Source of the DNA: Bifidobacterium longum subsp. longum JCM 1217
GTDB lineage: Bacteria; Actinomycetota; Actinomycetes; Actinomycetales; Bifidobacteriaceae
Length of the DNA stretch: 32,000 nt
Assembly (NCBI RefSeq): GCF_000196555.1
Contig: NC_015067.1
Coordinates: forward strand, 840,001 to 872,000
Direction: 5' to 3'
In this document: positions 17,893 through 26,803 of the stretch, one piece after another
How positions within the stretch are numbered: the first letter of the stretch is position 1
Layout: the number at the start of each line of letters is the position of its first letter
Position numbers and translations under genes: made by a program
Notes under the pieces: model-generated
Database searches by the model: none
The model's input: only the letters and a program-made list of their open reading frames with translations
What the model was told of the DNA's origin: nothing

Positions 17893-17987
17893 GTTCTGCC
17901 TCCATGAAACAGTGGGATGTCAAGTCCAATATTAGCCAACCTATTGTGCCACAAGCCCTAGGCGGCTTGGGTATTACCACCAGCGGA

Positions 17988-19853
17988 TCAGTACTCGCGC
18001 TTCTTGGGCGGATAGTCGGTGATGTGCACCGGCTTGAAACTTACCGAACCATCATCGGCGACCATCGAGTGAGCAAGGAAATGCTCATCGTCGCGTTCGG
18101 GGAAATCAAGGCGTTGCATGGATCCGCGAGATTCCTGACGGGATTCGGAAGCGTGCAGCATGACCTCGGCCAGTTCGATCAGATGACGGACTTCCCAGAT
18201 GGCGGTGACCTCCTGATTGAAAGCGGCGGTCTTGTCATGGGCCCGCAAGGTATCGGCAACCGGTGTGATGTCACCGTTGATCTGGGTCAACGCCGTATCG
18301 ATGGTCTGAGCGGTGCAACGTACGGCCAGAGCCTGCTCCATCACTGATCCGAGTTGGGCCATGAGCTGATAAGGATTGGCGGTGGGCACTCCATCGTCTG
18401 AATCATCTATTGGCCCGGCGAGCAGTTCGTCAAGCTCCGCTTTGCGAGAATCGGCAGCCTGATCGGCGGCATCGGTCAGCATGTCATCGGCCGAATCATC
18501 GGCCATGGGGGAGTCAACCGGGTTCTCGGCGATGCGTGCGGCCATCGTCTGACCAGCGCGTGTGCCGAACAGACAGGCGTCGAGCAGAGAATTGCCGCCC
18601 AGACGATTCGCACCATGTACGGAGACACAAGAGCATTCGCCAGCGGCGAACAGTCCATCGACTACCTGCACGGCACCGTCGGCCCAACGGTACACCTCGC
18701 CGTCGGTGGTGATGGGGATGCCGCCCATCGTGTAGTGTGCAGTGGGCTTGATGGGTACTAGGTCCTTGGCCGGATCGAGGTTCGCGTACTGCTCGATGGT
18801 TTCGACCACCTGCGGCAGCACTTCCTTCATACGTTCGGGGTCGATGCCGGTCATATCCAGCCAGACGCAGTCCTTCGGACCATCCGGGTCCTTCGGGTCG
18901 GCGACGCCGCGACCGGCGTCGATCTCCGCCATGATGGAGCGGGAGACCACGTCTCGTGCGGCCAGATCCTTATGCTCCGGAGCGTAGCGTTCCATAAACG
19001 GCTCACCGTCGGCGTTCCTCAGAATGCCGCCCTCGGCGCGGGCCGCCTCGGACAGCAGGATGCCGGTGTGCGCGAGCCCGGTGGGGTGGAACTGCACAAA
19101 TTCGATGTCCTCCAGCTGCAGACCGGCGGCCAAGGTCAAGGCCATGCCGTCGCCGGTCAGATCCCAGGAATTTGACGTGGTGTGGAACAGTCGGCCCGCG
19201 CCACCGGTGGCAAGCAGCACGTTGCGCGCGTGGATGGCCTGAATCTTGCCCGAATGCGTGTCAAAGGCCACGATGCCGGCCGCCTGCTTGCCGTCGTCGG
19301 CGAGCACCAGGTCGGTCACATACCATTCCTCGGCGAACTCGACGCCGGCGGCCACGCACTGCTGCCACAAGGCGTGCAGAATCTGGTGGCCGATGCGGTC
19401 GGCCGCATAGGCGGCGCGCTTGACCGGGGCGCCGCCGAACTCGCGCGTGTGGCCGCCGAACCGGCGCTGGGCGATATGCCCGTCCTCGGTACGGGAGAAG
19501 GCCACGCCCTGACGCTCCAGGTTGATCACGGTCTGCGGCGCGTATTCGGCGAGCAGTTTGGCCGCATCCTGGTCCACCAGCCAGTCGCCGCCCTTGATGG
19601 TGTCGTAGTAATGCCAGTGCCAGTCATCGGACTCCACATTGCCCAGGCTCGCGGCGATGCCGCCCTCGGCTGAACCGGTGTGCGAACGCAGCGGCTGCAG
19701 TTTGGAGACCACGAGGATCTTCGGGTCCACGCCTTGTTCCTTGAGCTCGGTGATCTCGGGGGAGCGCAGCAGTCCCAACGCCGCCGACAGGCCGGCCGCT
19801 CCGGCGCCGACGATCACCGCATCATACATATCTTCCAAACGTTTCGGACTCAT
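17988..19853 (-). CDS. sdhA: Succinate dehydrogenase / fumarate reductase flavoprotein subunit
   Basis: FAD dinucleotide fold [17 protein letters not shown], covalent-FAD region [31 protein letters not shown]. The start may be the second ATG at 19829. Confidence 0.9.
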   Translation of the reverse strand: MSPKRLEDMYDAVIVGAGAAGLSAALGLLRSPEITELKEQGVDPKILVVSKLQPLRSHTGSAEGGIAASLGNVESDDWHWHYYDTIKGGDWLVDQDAAKLLAEYAPQTVINLERQGVAFSRTEDGHIAQRRFGGHTREFGGAPVKRAAYAADRIGHQILHALWQQCVAAGVEFAEEWYVTDLVLADDGKQAAGIVAFDTHSGKIQAIHARNVLLATGGAGRLFHTTSNSWDLTGDGMALTLAAGLQLEDIEFVQFHPTGLAHTGILLSEAARAEGGILRNADGEPFMERYAPEHKDLAARDVVSRSIMAEIDAGRGVADPKDPDGPKDCVWLDMTGIDPERMKEVLPQVVETIEQYANLDPAKDLVPIKPTAHYTMGGIPITTDGEVYRWADGAVQVVDGLFAAGECSCVSVHGANRLGGNSLLDACLFGTRAGQTMAARIAENPVDSPMADDSADDMLTDAADQAADSRKAELDELLAGPIDDSDDGVPTANPYQLMAQLGSVMEQALAVRCTAQTIDTALTQINGDITPVADTLRAHDKTAAFNQEVTAIWEVRHLIELAEVMLHASESRQESRGSMQRLDFPERDDEHFLAHSMVADDGSVSFKPVHITDYPPKKREY

Positions 19854-19909
19854 GGGTTCGATTCTCGCACACCCGCCGAACAGCCTTCGAGCCGTGTCAT
19901 GGAAGCCGA

Positions 19910-21610
19910 TTAGCCGACACGGCTGCTCAGCTTGAGTATGCCGGCATCCCGCTCGATCACTCCCTTCAGCTCCAATGCGCCGAGTAGCTCAAGTATGGTG
20001 CCGATATTGGGAATCTCGTCGGGTACCGTCTCTCGCGCCACACGCAATAGTGCGTCCGGGGTGACGATGAGATGTCGTTTACGGCATTCACGAATCAATG
20101 CCACTAATGTGCGTTCCATTTCCGGCAGCTTGGCGATAATGATACGTTGTTGGGCTTCCTTCTCGGGATCGGGCTTCGGCTTGACACGAAGATCCGGCAT
20201 CTGATGTGACGAGGGAAGCTCTTCACCCTTGCTTTTGTCGTTACCGGAATCGGCAGTTGCGCTCGCCGGCCCATCCTTGGATTGAGTGCGCGTAGGCTGA
20301 GTATGCTTGGTCTTCGAACGTTTCGAATGACCTGAATCTTGTGACGACTCCTGTGACGCCGATGATTCCGAGGATGCTGGCGATAACGGAGTCGTTGCCG
20401 GCACTTCCATGGCCTCCTCGTTTTCGGACGAGTCCTGACCTGTGGATTTCGATATGCCTGGGCATGCTGCCATAACGGGCTTATGCCGTTCATGGCATAT
20501 ATCCTCGGTGGATGTGGCGGCACACAGAATCATCGCTCGGTGGTCGCCGATCATCTTATTGCACCCGGCGTTGCAAGGCTGATTGATGTCACCGGGAACC
20601 GCATACACTTCGCGCAGCAATTCGCATGCCCATCCCGCGGTGTTGAGCGCTCCGGAACGCAACCGGGCTTGCGTCACAATCAATGTGGAAGACATGGCCG
20701 CGATAATGCGGTTGCGAAGCAGAAAACGACGGGCTTCGGGAATCGTCCCGGGGCACAGTTCACTGATCAGTGCACCACCCTGCGCCTCGATGCGTTCGAA
20801 CAGCGTGCGGTTACGCATCGGTCCGATATGGTTGAGCCCGCCGGCGAATACGGCAACGGTTTTGCCCACATTGGCGGGCATTCTGCCGTGCAGCGCATTC
20901 AACGCTCCCCAATGTGCCGCCGCATCCGTGCCCATCGCGCCTCCGGACACGACCAGATGCCCGGCAACGGCTGCCTGTTCGGCTACGGTGTGTGCCACAT
21001 ACCGGCCATATTCGGTCACGTCCCGTGAACCGACGATGCCGACCGGTTTGGCGCAACTGGTCAATGCGCGTGGATCGCCTTTGATCCACAAACACAGCGG
21101 TGGCGCCCAATCGGAGCGAATGGACAGGTCGGCCAACTGCGAGGGCCAACATGGATGGCCAGGGCCGATAATCCATTGCGTGCCATCCATAGTGAACCAG
21201 TCGGCCAGTTGGATGATGTCTTGCGAGGGCAGGTCCATCATGCGGTTATGCCAGCAGGCCAGTGCATTGCGGAAGGAGCGCATCGCGTTCGCCGACGCCT
21301 TGCGGCCCCATCGAGTGAGGCCGTCCACGAACATGCGGTCAATACGTGACAGCGCCGGGCCGCAGATTTCAGATGGCTGGCTTGGATGGGATTGCGCCAA
21401 CGCATGCCAGAGGGATTCGGCGTTTTCCGCGCCTTTGAGCGTGGCGTACATCATCACATCCGCGCCATCAAGACAGAACGTGAGCGCGGCACGATACAAC
21501 GTATCCGTGGGAGGTACGGGAATAGTGCGCGAAACGGCGAGACTCGTATCGGTGTGATCCACACTTCCTGCGGTGCCGCCAGATTGCCGGATATCAGTAG
21601 CGTTACTCAT
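19910..21610 (-). CDS. dprA: DNA-processing protein DprA (Smf family) with a long low-complexity linker
   Basis: Rossmann core [13 protein letters not shown]...[15 protein letters not shown] Ser/Thr/Lys-rich linker of about 110 aa precedes a winged-helix-like C-terminus. The ATG overlaps the comM stop (ATGA). Confidence 0.88.
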   Translation of the reverse strand: MSNATDIRQSGGTAGSVDHTDTSLAVSRTIPVPPTDTLYRAALTFCLDGADVMMYATLKGAENAESLWHALAQSHPSQPSEICGPALSRIDRMFVDGLTRWGRKASANAMRSFRNALACWHNRMMDLPSQDIIQLADWFTMDGTQWIIGPGHPCWPSQLADLSIRSDWAPPLCLWIKGDPRALTSCAKPVGIVGSRDVTEYGRYVAHTVAEQAAVAGHLVVSGGAMGTDAAAHWGALNALHGRMPANVGKTVAVFAGGLNHIGPMRNRTLFERIEAQGGALISELCPGTIPEARRFLLRNRIIAAMSSTLIVTQARLRSGALNTAGWACELLREVYAVPGDINQPCNAGCNKMIGDHRAMILCAATSTEDICHERHKPVMAACPGISKSTGQDSSENEEAMEVPATTPLSPASSESSASQESSQDSGHSKRSKTKHTQPTRTQSKDGPASATADSGNDKSKGEELPSSHQMPDLRVKPKPDPEKEAQQRIIIAKLPEMERTLVALIRECRKRHLIVTPDALLRVARETVPDEIPNIGTILELLGALELKGVIERDAGILKLSSRVG

Positions 21611-23142
21611 GTCATCCTCGTTCTCATTTCGATGCCCTGATGGACGTCCTGTTCAGTGGGGGATACGCGGCCGGCCAGATCGGCGAGCGTCCAAGACAGA
21701 CGCATGGCGCGATCAGCCCCGCGCAATGTGAGTTGATGATTGGACAGGGCCCGATTGACCAATTCCATCGCTTTCAGCGATGTATTGGCGTGCAGCCATT
21801 TGCCCGAAGCTTGCGCGTTGCACACCCATCCATACTGTCTGAACCGGTCTTTGGCCACTTGACGGGCACGAATCACACGAGCTTGTATCCCGGCACTGGA
21901 CTCGCCGATTGGCTCGCTTTGCGCGGCAATGCGCGAGACTGGTGGCACCGCCATCTGAATATCCACACGATCCAGTATCGGTCCGGACAATCGCGAGAAA
22001 TAACGTATACGGTCTTTTTCCCGGCAAGCGCAACGTTCGCCGGTGCCGTAATAGTATCCGCACGGACAGGGGTTGGCCGCCATGATGAGTTGGAATGAGG
22101 CCGGGTAGTAGGTGCTGCCTTTTGAACGGGAAAGCGCCACATACCCGGATTCCAATGGTTCGCGCAACGTCTGCAGGGCGCGTGCGCTGAATTCCGGTGC
22201 CTCGTCCAGAAACAGAATGCCTCGATGCGCGCGTGTGATTGCGCCGGGAACGGCGATGCCGCTGCCACCACCCACCAAGGCCGCCGTGCTGGCGGTGTGG
22301 TGCGGTGCCTCGAACGGCGGCATGTCGGTGATGCCGTACTGAGGCAGTATGCCGCACAGCGATCGAATCGATGCCACCTCCAGCTGTTCCGCCTCGTTCA
22401 ACGGGCACATGATGCCGGGCATACGTGAGGCCAACATGGTTTTGCCGCTGCCTGGCGGGCCGGTCATGATGAGATTATGCCCGCCTGCCGCCGCCACTTG
22501 CAGTGCCCATTTGGCATGCTCCTGACCCAGAACCTCGTTCATATCGCCACAATCGTTGGGATGACTTGTGGGCGATTGATCCGTGGTGGTCTCGTCGGTA
22601 ACCGGTGTATCGGGAATCGTATAGGTGGCATCGCCGCCCATCAGTTCGATGAGCTCACCCACATGCCTCACGCCCACTACATCCAGTCCATCCACCATCG
22701 AAGCCTCGTCAAGATTGCGATGGGGAACAATCATTTTGCGCACGCCACGTTCCTCGGCATGCAGCATGATCGGGAGCAGCCCATGAATCGGCAGCACCGA
22801 GCCGTCAAGATTCACTTCGCCGAGCACAATGGTATCTTCTAGGCAATCATGCCCTATGGCACCCGCCGCACATAGGACGCTGGCCGCGATGGCCAGATCA
22901 TGCGACGAACCGCGTTTGGGCATGGCCGCAGGGCTCATGTTCACGGTCACACGGGTTTGCGGCCAACCGAATCCAGTGGCTTGACACGCTGATTTCACGC
23001 GCTCGCGGGCTTCGGACAACGATGCATCCGGCAATCCGATGATGCTGAAGTATGGCAAGCCAGGGCTGATGAAAGCCTGCACTTGGACGATGAAGGCCTT
23101 AAGGCCGATCAGTCCGACTGAGAGGGTGCTGCCGATAGCCAT
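21607..23142 (-). CDS. comM: YifB/ComM-family Mg-chelatase-like AAA+ protein
   Basis: ATG at 23142 preceded by AAAGGAG. N-terminal Lon-protease-like domain, Walker A GPPGSGKT, Walker B ILFLDEAPEF, Cys cluster CPCGYYYGTGERCAC. Confidence 0.9.
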   Translation of the reverse strand: MAIGSTLSVGLIGLKAFIVQVQAFISPGLPYFSIIGLPDASLSEARERVKSACQATGFGWPQTRVTVNMSPAAMPKRGSSHDLAIAASVLCAAGAIGHDCLEDTIVLGEVNLDGSVLPIHGLLPIMLHAEERGVRKMIVPHRNLDEASMVDGLDVVGVRHVGELIELMGGDATYTIPDTPVTDETTTDQSPTSHPNDCGDMNEVLGQEHAKWALQVAAAGGHNLIMTGPPGSGKTMLASRMPGIMCPLNEAEQLEVASIRSLCGILPQYGITDMPPFEAPHHTASTAALVGGGSGIAVPGAITRAHRGILFLDEAPEFSARALQTLREPLESGYVALSRSKGSTYYPASFQLIMAANPCPCGYYYGTGERCACREKDRIRYFSRLSGPILDRVDIQMAVPPVSRIAAQSEPIGESSAGIQARVIRARQVAKDRFRQYGWVCNAQASGKWLHANTSLKAMELVNRALSNHQLTLRGADRAMRLSWTLADLAGRVSPTEQDVHQGIEMRTRMT

Positions 23143-23179
23143 GTCTACTCCTTTCACAATGTGTTTCGCAACGTGGCTG

Positions 23180-23198
23180 TTTTTTTTGGGGGGGGGGG
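23180..23198. repeat. Homopolymer pair T8G11 (C11A8 on the coding strand of the flanking genes)
   Basis: Read directly. It begins 2 nt after the yraN stop and ends 37 nt before the comM ATG. Confidence 0.95.
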
Positions 23199-23200
23199 CT

Positions 23201-23704
23201 TCAGAAGGCATTTTCAATGTGATGCACGAGCGGCCTGCCCACCCGAAGCACGATGGTGACGACATCGAAACGGACCGCCGAATGCGGCACCCGATTACGC
23301 CGGTCAAGTAGCCAATCGCAGGCGGCTTTCCTGAGATTGTGCTGTTTCGCCGGCGTAATGGCCTCTTGCGGATATCCGTAATGCATGGACCGGCGTGATT
23401 TCACTTCGACGAACACCACCGTGTACTCGGGATTGAGCATCACGATGTCCAATTCGCCGTAACGGGTATGCCAATTGCGGCTCAAGGTCGTCCAACCGTG
23501 TTCCTCCAGCCACGCGGCGGCATACTGCTCGCCGAGCGCGCCGAACTGTTTGGGCGTCAGATTGCGGTCGCCCATCGTGGCCGCAATCCGTTCCGAAGGC
23601 AGCATTGCCTGCGGATCAGGTGAAGCCAGCATGGGCTGGTGAAAGGCAAGACCGGCGTCGATGCCGGACTTCGTCGTCGGCTGAGTAGGTGGTAAAGCGT
23701 TCAT
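23201..23704 (-). CDS. yraN: YraN-family (UPF0102) endonuclease-like protein
   Basis: Core [32 protein letters not shown]...[11 protein letters not shown] matches the UPF0102 PD-(D/E)xK-like signature. The start (23704 or 23746) is uncertain. Confidence 0.8.
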   Translation of the reverse strand: MNALPPTQPTTKSGIDAGLAFHQPMLASPDPQAMLPSERIAATMGDRNLTPKQFGALGEQYAAAWLEEHGWTTLSRNWHTRYGELDIVMLNPEYTVVFVEVKSRRSMHYGYPQEAITPAKQHNLRKAACDWLLDRRNRVPHSAVRFDVVTIVLRVGRPLVHHIENAF

Positions 23705-23754
23705 GATTCCACTGTGCGGGTTACTTATGTAAGAGCACAAGCGCAACCGGCAAA

Positions 23755-23820
23755 TGTGGATACTATGACGCGGTTTGGCGTGTTGTGGATAACGTGTGGA
23801 TGAAAACTCGGTTATCCACC
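23755..23820. promoter_or_regulatory. Cluster of four DnaA-box-like 9-mers
   Basis: TGTGGATAC (23755-23763), TGTGGATAA (23784-23792, exact complement of TTATCCACA), TGTGGATGA (23795-23803), TTATCCACC (23812-23820, opposite orientation). Confidence 0.5.
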
Positions 23821-23914
23821 ATTAGTTCAGAAGGTTTACCAAGGCTCACCAGTCGACTTCCCTGTGACGAAAAAACAACCCATCGGATTGTTCGCTGAAT
23901 ACGTCAGACCCAGT

Positions 23915-23931
23915 GAGCGGAGAGGGGAGCC
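23915..23931. repeat. Degenerate half copy of the palindromic repeat (...GAGCGGAGAGGGGAGCC)
   Basis: Shares the GAGAGGGGAGCC arm with the other copies. The partner arm is decayed. Lies just downstream of the pdxK stop. Confidence 0.4.
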
Positions 23932-23940
23932 AAGGTGCGG

Positions 23941-24813
23941 TCACTTCACCAAATCGGTGAGTTCGCCAAGGTTCAGTTCGAAACTGACGCCACGATCCTC
24001 GAAATGCGGCTGGTTACGGGTGCTGACCATGGCGTGACGCACGAACTCACCGGCGATTTCGGCCGACTCGGCCAGGCCGCGGCCGGCCATCACCGCGCCG
24101 CACAGGGCAGAGGCGAAGGCGTCACCCGTGCCATGAATCATGTATGGCAACTTCTCATGAGCCAGCTCGATCTTGCCGGCAACACCGGTGGAAGCGCTGG
24201 CCACATAGTTGACGATTTTGCCATCGCCATGGTCAATGCCCTTCAGCACCACGTTCTTGGCACCCAACTCCAGCAGAGCACCAAGCAGCTCGTTAACCGT
24301 GGCCTCATCAATATCCTGGCCAGGATAGTCACGCTTGGTGAGAATGCTCGCTTCGGTGAGGTTCGGCATCAACACGTCGGCACCATCGGCCAGCGCGCCC
24401 ATTGCCTCGCACAGCTCCGGTGTGTACGTGGGGTACATTTCGCCGGCGTCTCCCATCACCGGGTCAACCAGACGCAGCGCGTTCGGATATTCGCGGTAGA
24501 GACGCTGAATGATCGCCACCTGATCGGGGGAGCCGAGGAAGCCTGAATACACGCCATCCAGCTCCACGTCTTCCTTCTGCCAGGCATCCAAGTAACCGGA
24601 GAGAATATCCGTGGTGTCATGGAACGTGAACACTGCATAGCGTGTGTGCGCCGAGAACAGGGCGGTCGGCACCGGGCACACATCGCAGCCGGCGGCCGAG
24701 AGAATCGGAATCGCGGCGGTCAGCGAGCACTTGCCGTAGCCGCACATGTCGTGCACGGCGGCCACGCGCGGAATATAGTTCGGATCACGGTCATACAGAG
24801 TTACATCGGTCAT
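23941..24813 (-). CDS. pdxK: Pyridoxal/pyridoxine/pyridoxamine kinase
   Basis: Ribokinase-superfamily PdxK pattern: RVAAVHDMCGYGKCS, YSGFLGS, and the C-terminal anion-hole HGTGDAFASAL. Confidence 0.85.
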   Translation of the reverse strand: MTDVTLYDRDPNYIPRVAAVHDMCGYGKCSLTAAIPILSAAGCDVCPVPTALFSAHTRYAVFTFHDTTDILSGYLDAWQKEDVELDGVYSGFLGSPDQVAIIQRLYREYPNALRLVDPVMGDAGEMYPTYTPELCEAMGALADGADVLMPNLTEASILTKRDYPGQDIDEATVNELLGALLELGAKNVVLKGIDHGDGKIVNYVASASTGVAGKIELAHEKLPYMIHGTGDAFASALCGAVMAGRGLAESAEIAGEFVRHAMVSTRNQPHFEDRGVSFELNLGELTDLVK

Positions 24814-25286
24814 GTCTGTTCGAATCCCTTCACCATGTTGGCGGAATAATTCATTGGCGATGTTTGACTGTAGTCGTTCGTCATGTAAACCATGTAACCG
24901 GGCGGCAGAAAAATGAAACAGACGTCATCACCGAGCGGGCAAACCGTCTTGGTGACGGGTGGAACAAGCAATCATCACGGACACTTGAGCCATGCGCGAA
25001 AGGCATGGCAGCGATATCACCGTGACCGCAGTCGACCTTGAAAGCGCATGCGTGCGGCCCGGCGTGTCGCGATAATTTCAACGACTTTTTCGTGACTTCT
25101 GACAGTCGCTCACGTCAATGATTCCAAGGCTTTATAAGCCCTTATAGGCAAGTCCGATAACGTTCAGCTTGCGCCGCGCGGCCCAAGCGTCGTAACTTCA
25201 TAACCAACACCTCGCCAACCGCCCGAACACGGCAGGCGGGTGGCAAGGAAAAATCCTCGCGACCTAGCACAACCAAGGAGAATACC

Positions 25287-26603
25287 ATGGCCGAGAACAA
25301 CAAGAAGTACCGTTTTGAAACCCTGCAGCTGCACGTCGGCCAGGAGCAGGCCGACCCGGCCACCGACTCCCGCGCGGTGCCGATCTACCAGACCACCTCC
25401 TACGTCTTCCACAACTTCGACCACGCCGAGGCCCGCTTCGGACTGGCGGACCCGGGCAACATCTACGGCCGTCTGACCAACTCCACCCAGGGCGTGTTCG
25501 AAGACCGCATCGCGGCCCTCGAAGGCGGCACCGCGGGCCTGGCCGTCGCGTCCGGCGCGGCCGCCGTGGAATACGCGGTGCGCAACATCACCCAGTCCGG
25601 CGACCACATCGTCGCAGCCAAGAACGTGTACGGCGGCACCTTCAACCTGCTGCGCCACACCCTGCCGCGCGACGGCATCACCACCACCTTCGTCTCCGCC
25701 GAGAACCCGCAGGAGTTCGAGGACGCCATCCAGGAGAACACCAAGCTCGTCTACTTCGAGACCTTCGGCAACCCGAACGCCGACCTGCCCGACTTCGAGG
25801 CCATCACCGCCATCGCCCACAAGCACCACCTGCCGGTGATCGTGGACAACACCTTCGCCTCCCCGTACCTGTTCCGCCCGCTGGAGCACGGCGCCGACGT
25901 CGTTGTGGAATCCGCCACCAAGTTCATCGGCGGCCACGGCACCACCCTCGGCGGCGTGATCGTGGAAGGCGGCAAGTTCAACTGGGCCGAAGTGCCGGGC
26001 AAGTTCCCGACCCTGACCGAGCCGGATCCGTCCTACCATGGCCTGAACTTCTATGAGGCCCTCGGCGGCGCCGCCTTCGTGACCCGCGTGCGCGCCATCC
26101 TGCTGCGCGACACCGGCGCCACCCTGTCCCCGTTCGCGGCCTTCCTGCTGCTGCAGGGCACCGAAACCCTGTCCCTGCGCGTCGAACGCCACGTCCAGAA
26201 CGCGCTGAAGGTCATCGATTACCTGAAGACCGTTCCGGAAGTCGAGTCCATCTCCCACCCGTCCATCGAAGGCCGCAAGGACAACGAGCTGTACAAGAAG
26301 TACTTCCCGAATGGCGGCGGCTCCATCTTCACCTTCGACATCAAGGGCGGCAAGGACGCGGCACGCGTGTTCATCGACAACCTGCACCTGTTCAGCCTGT
26401 TGGCCAACGTGGCCGACGCCAAGAGCCTCGTGATTCACCCGGCCTCCACCACGCACTCCCAGGAGACAGTGGAGGAGCTCGAGGATCAGGGCATCCACCA
26501 AGGCACCATCCGCCTGTCCATCGGCACCGAGAACATCGAGGACATCCTCGATGACCTGAAGGGCGGCTTCGAAGCCCTTCGCGCTTCCGGCTTGGCCAAG
26601 TGA
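25287..26603 (+). CDS. metY: O-acetylhomoserine aminocarboxypropyltransferase (sulfhydrylase), PLP-dependent
   Basis: ATG preceded by AAGGAG. N-terminus RFETLQLHVGQE...TDSRAVPIYQTTSYVF and the PLP-lysine region VESATKFIGGHGT are typical of MetY/Cys-Met gamma-family enzymes. Confidence 0.92.
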   Translation: MAENNKKYRFETLQLHVGQEQADPATDSRAVPIYQTTSYVFHNFDHAEARFGLADPGNIYGRLTNSTQGVFEDRIAALEGGTAGLAVASGAAAVEYAVRNITQSGDHIVAAKNVYGGTFNLLRHTLPRDGITTTFVSAENPQEFEDAIQENTKLVYFETFGNPNADLPDFEAITAIAHKHHLPVIVDNTFASPYLFRPLEHGADVVVESATKFIGGHGTTLGGVIVEGGKFNWAEVPGKFPTLTEPDPSYHGLNFYEALGGAAFVTRVRAILLRDTGATLSPFAAFLLLQGTETLSLRVERHVQNALKVIDYLKTVPEVESISHPSIEGRKDNELYKKYFPNGGGSIFTFDIKGGKDAARVFIDNLHLFSLLANVADAKSLVIHPASTTHSQETVEELEDQGIHQGTIRLSIGTENIEDILDDLKGGFEALRASGLAK

Positions 26604-26720
26604 GGTCGACAGGAAGGTTGACGGCCCGATGAGAAGGGGCGCGATGCTAATGGGGTGCATCACGAATCATCGAGCCGCATGGGGTGCCTTCCGCCTGATC
26701 GCTTGACCCAAGGAATAGAA

Positions 26721-26756
26721 AGCTCGCACTGATGTCATGCAGTGCGGGCTTTCTTG
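26721..26756 (+). terminator. Rho-independent terminator after metY
   Basis: agctcgcactg-N8-cagtgcgggct (11-nt arms, one mismatch) followed by ttcttg. Confidence 0.6.
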
Positions 26757-26763
26757 CGTCTGT

Positions 26764-26803
26764 ATGCCTCACACTGTTTGCGCAGAGGCATGAATAGTGT
26801 GAG
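26764..26803. promoter_or_regulatory. Interleaved inverted repeats upstream of the ABC operon (ATGCCTC/GAGGCAT and CTCACACT/AGTGTGAG)
   Basis: Read directly, about 150 nt upstream of the ATPase start. Candidate operator; the binding protein is unknown. Confidence 0.25.

Noticed and set aside
23142-23307. N-terminally extended ComM (track ORF from 23307) reading through the homopolymer.
   Set aside because: The extension overlaps the yraN 3' end and has no SD. ATG 23142 has a strong AAAGGAG and gives a canonical ComM N-terminus. The possibility is retained only as a caveat in the homopolymer finding.
23755-23820. Chromosomal replication origin (oriC) at the DnaA-box cluster.
   Set aside because: There is no dnaA, dnaN, rpmH or parAB context, no obvious AT-rich unwinding element next to the boxes, and only four boxes. 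A secondary DnaA-binding or regulatory site is more plausible.
25228-25262. T-box element (GCGGGTGGCAAGG resembles the GGGTGGTACCGCG core).
   Set aside because: The match breaks after GGGTGG. UGGC would pair with a G73 tRNA, not with tRNA-Met as I recall its discriminator base. I could not identify a specifier loop or Stem I features.
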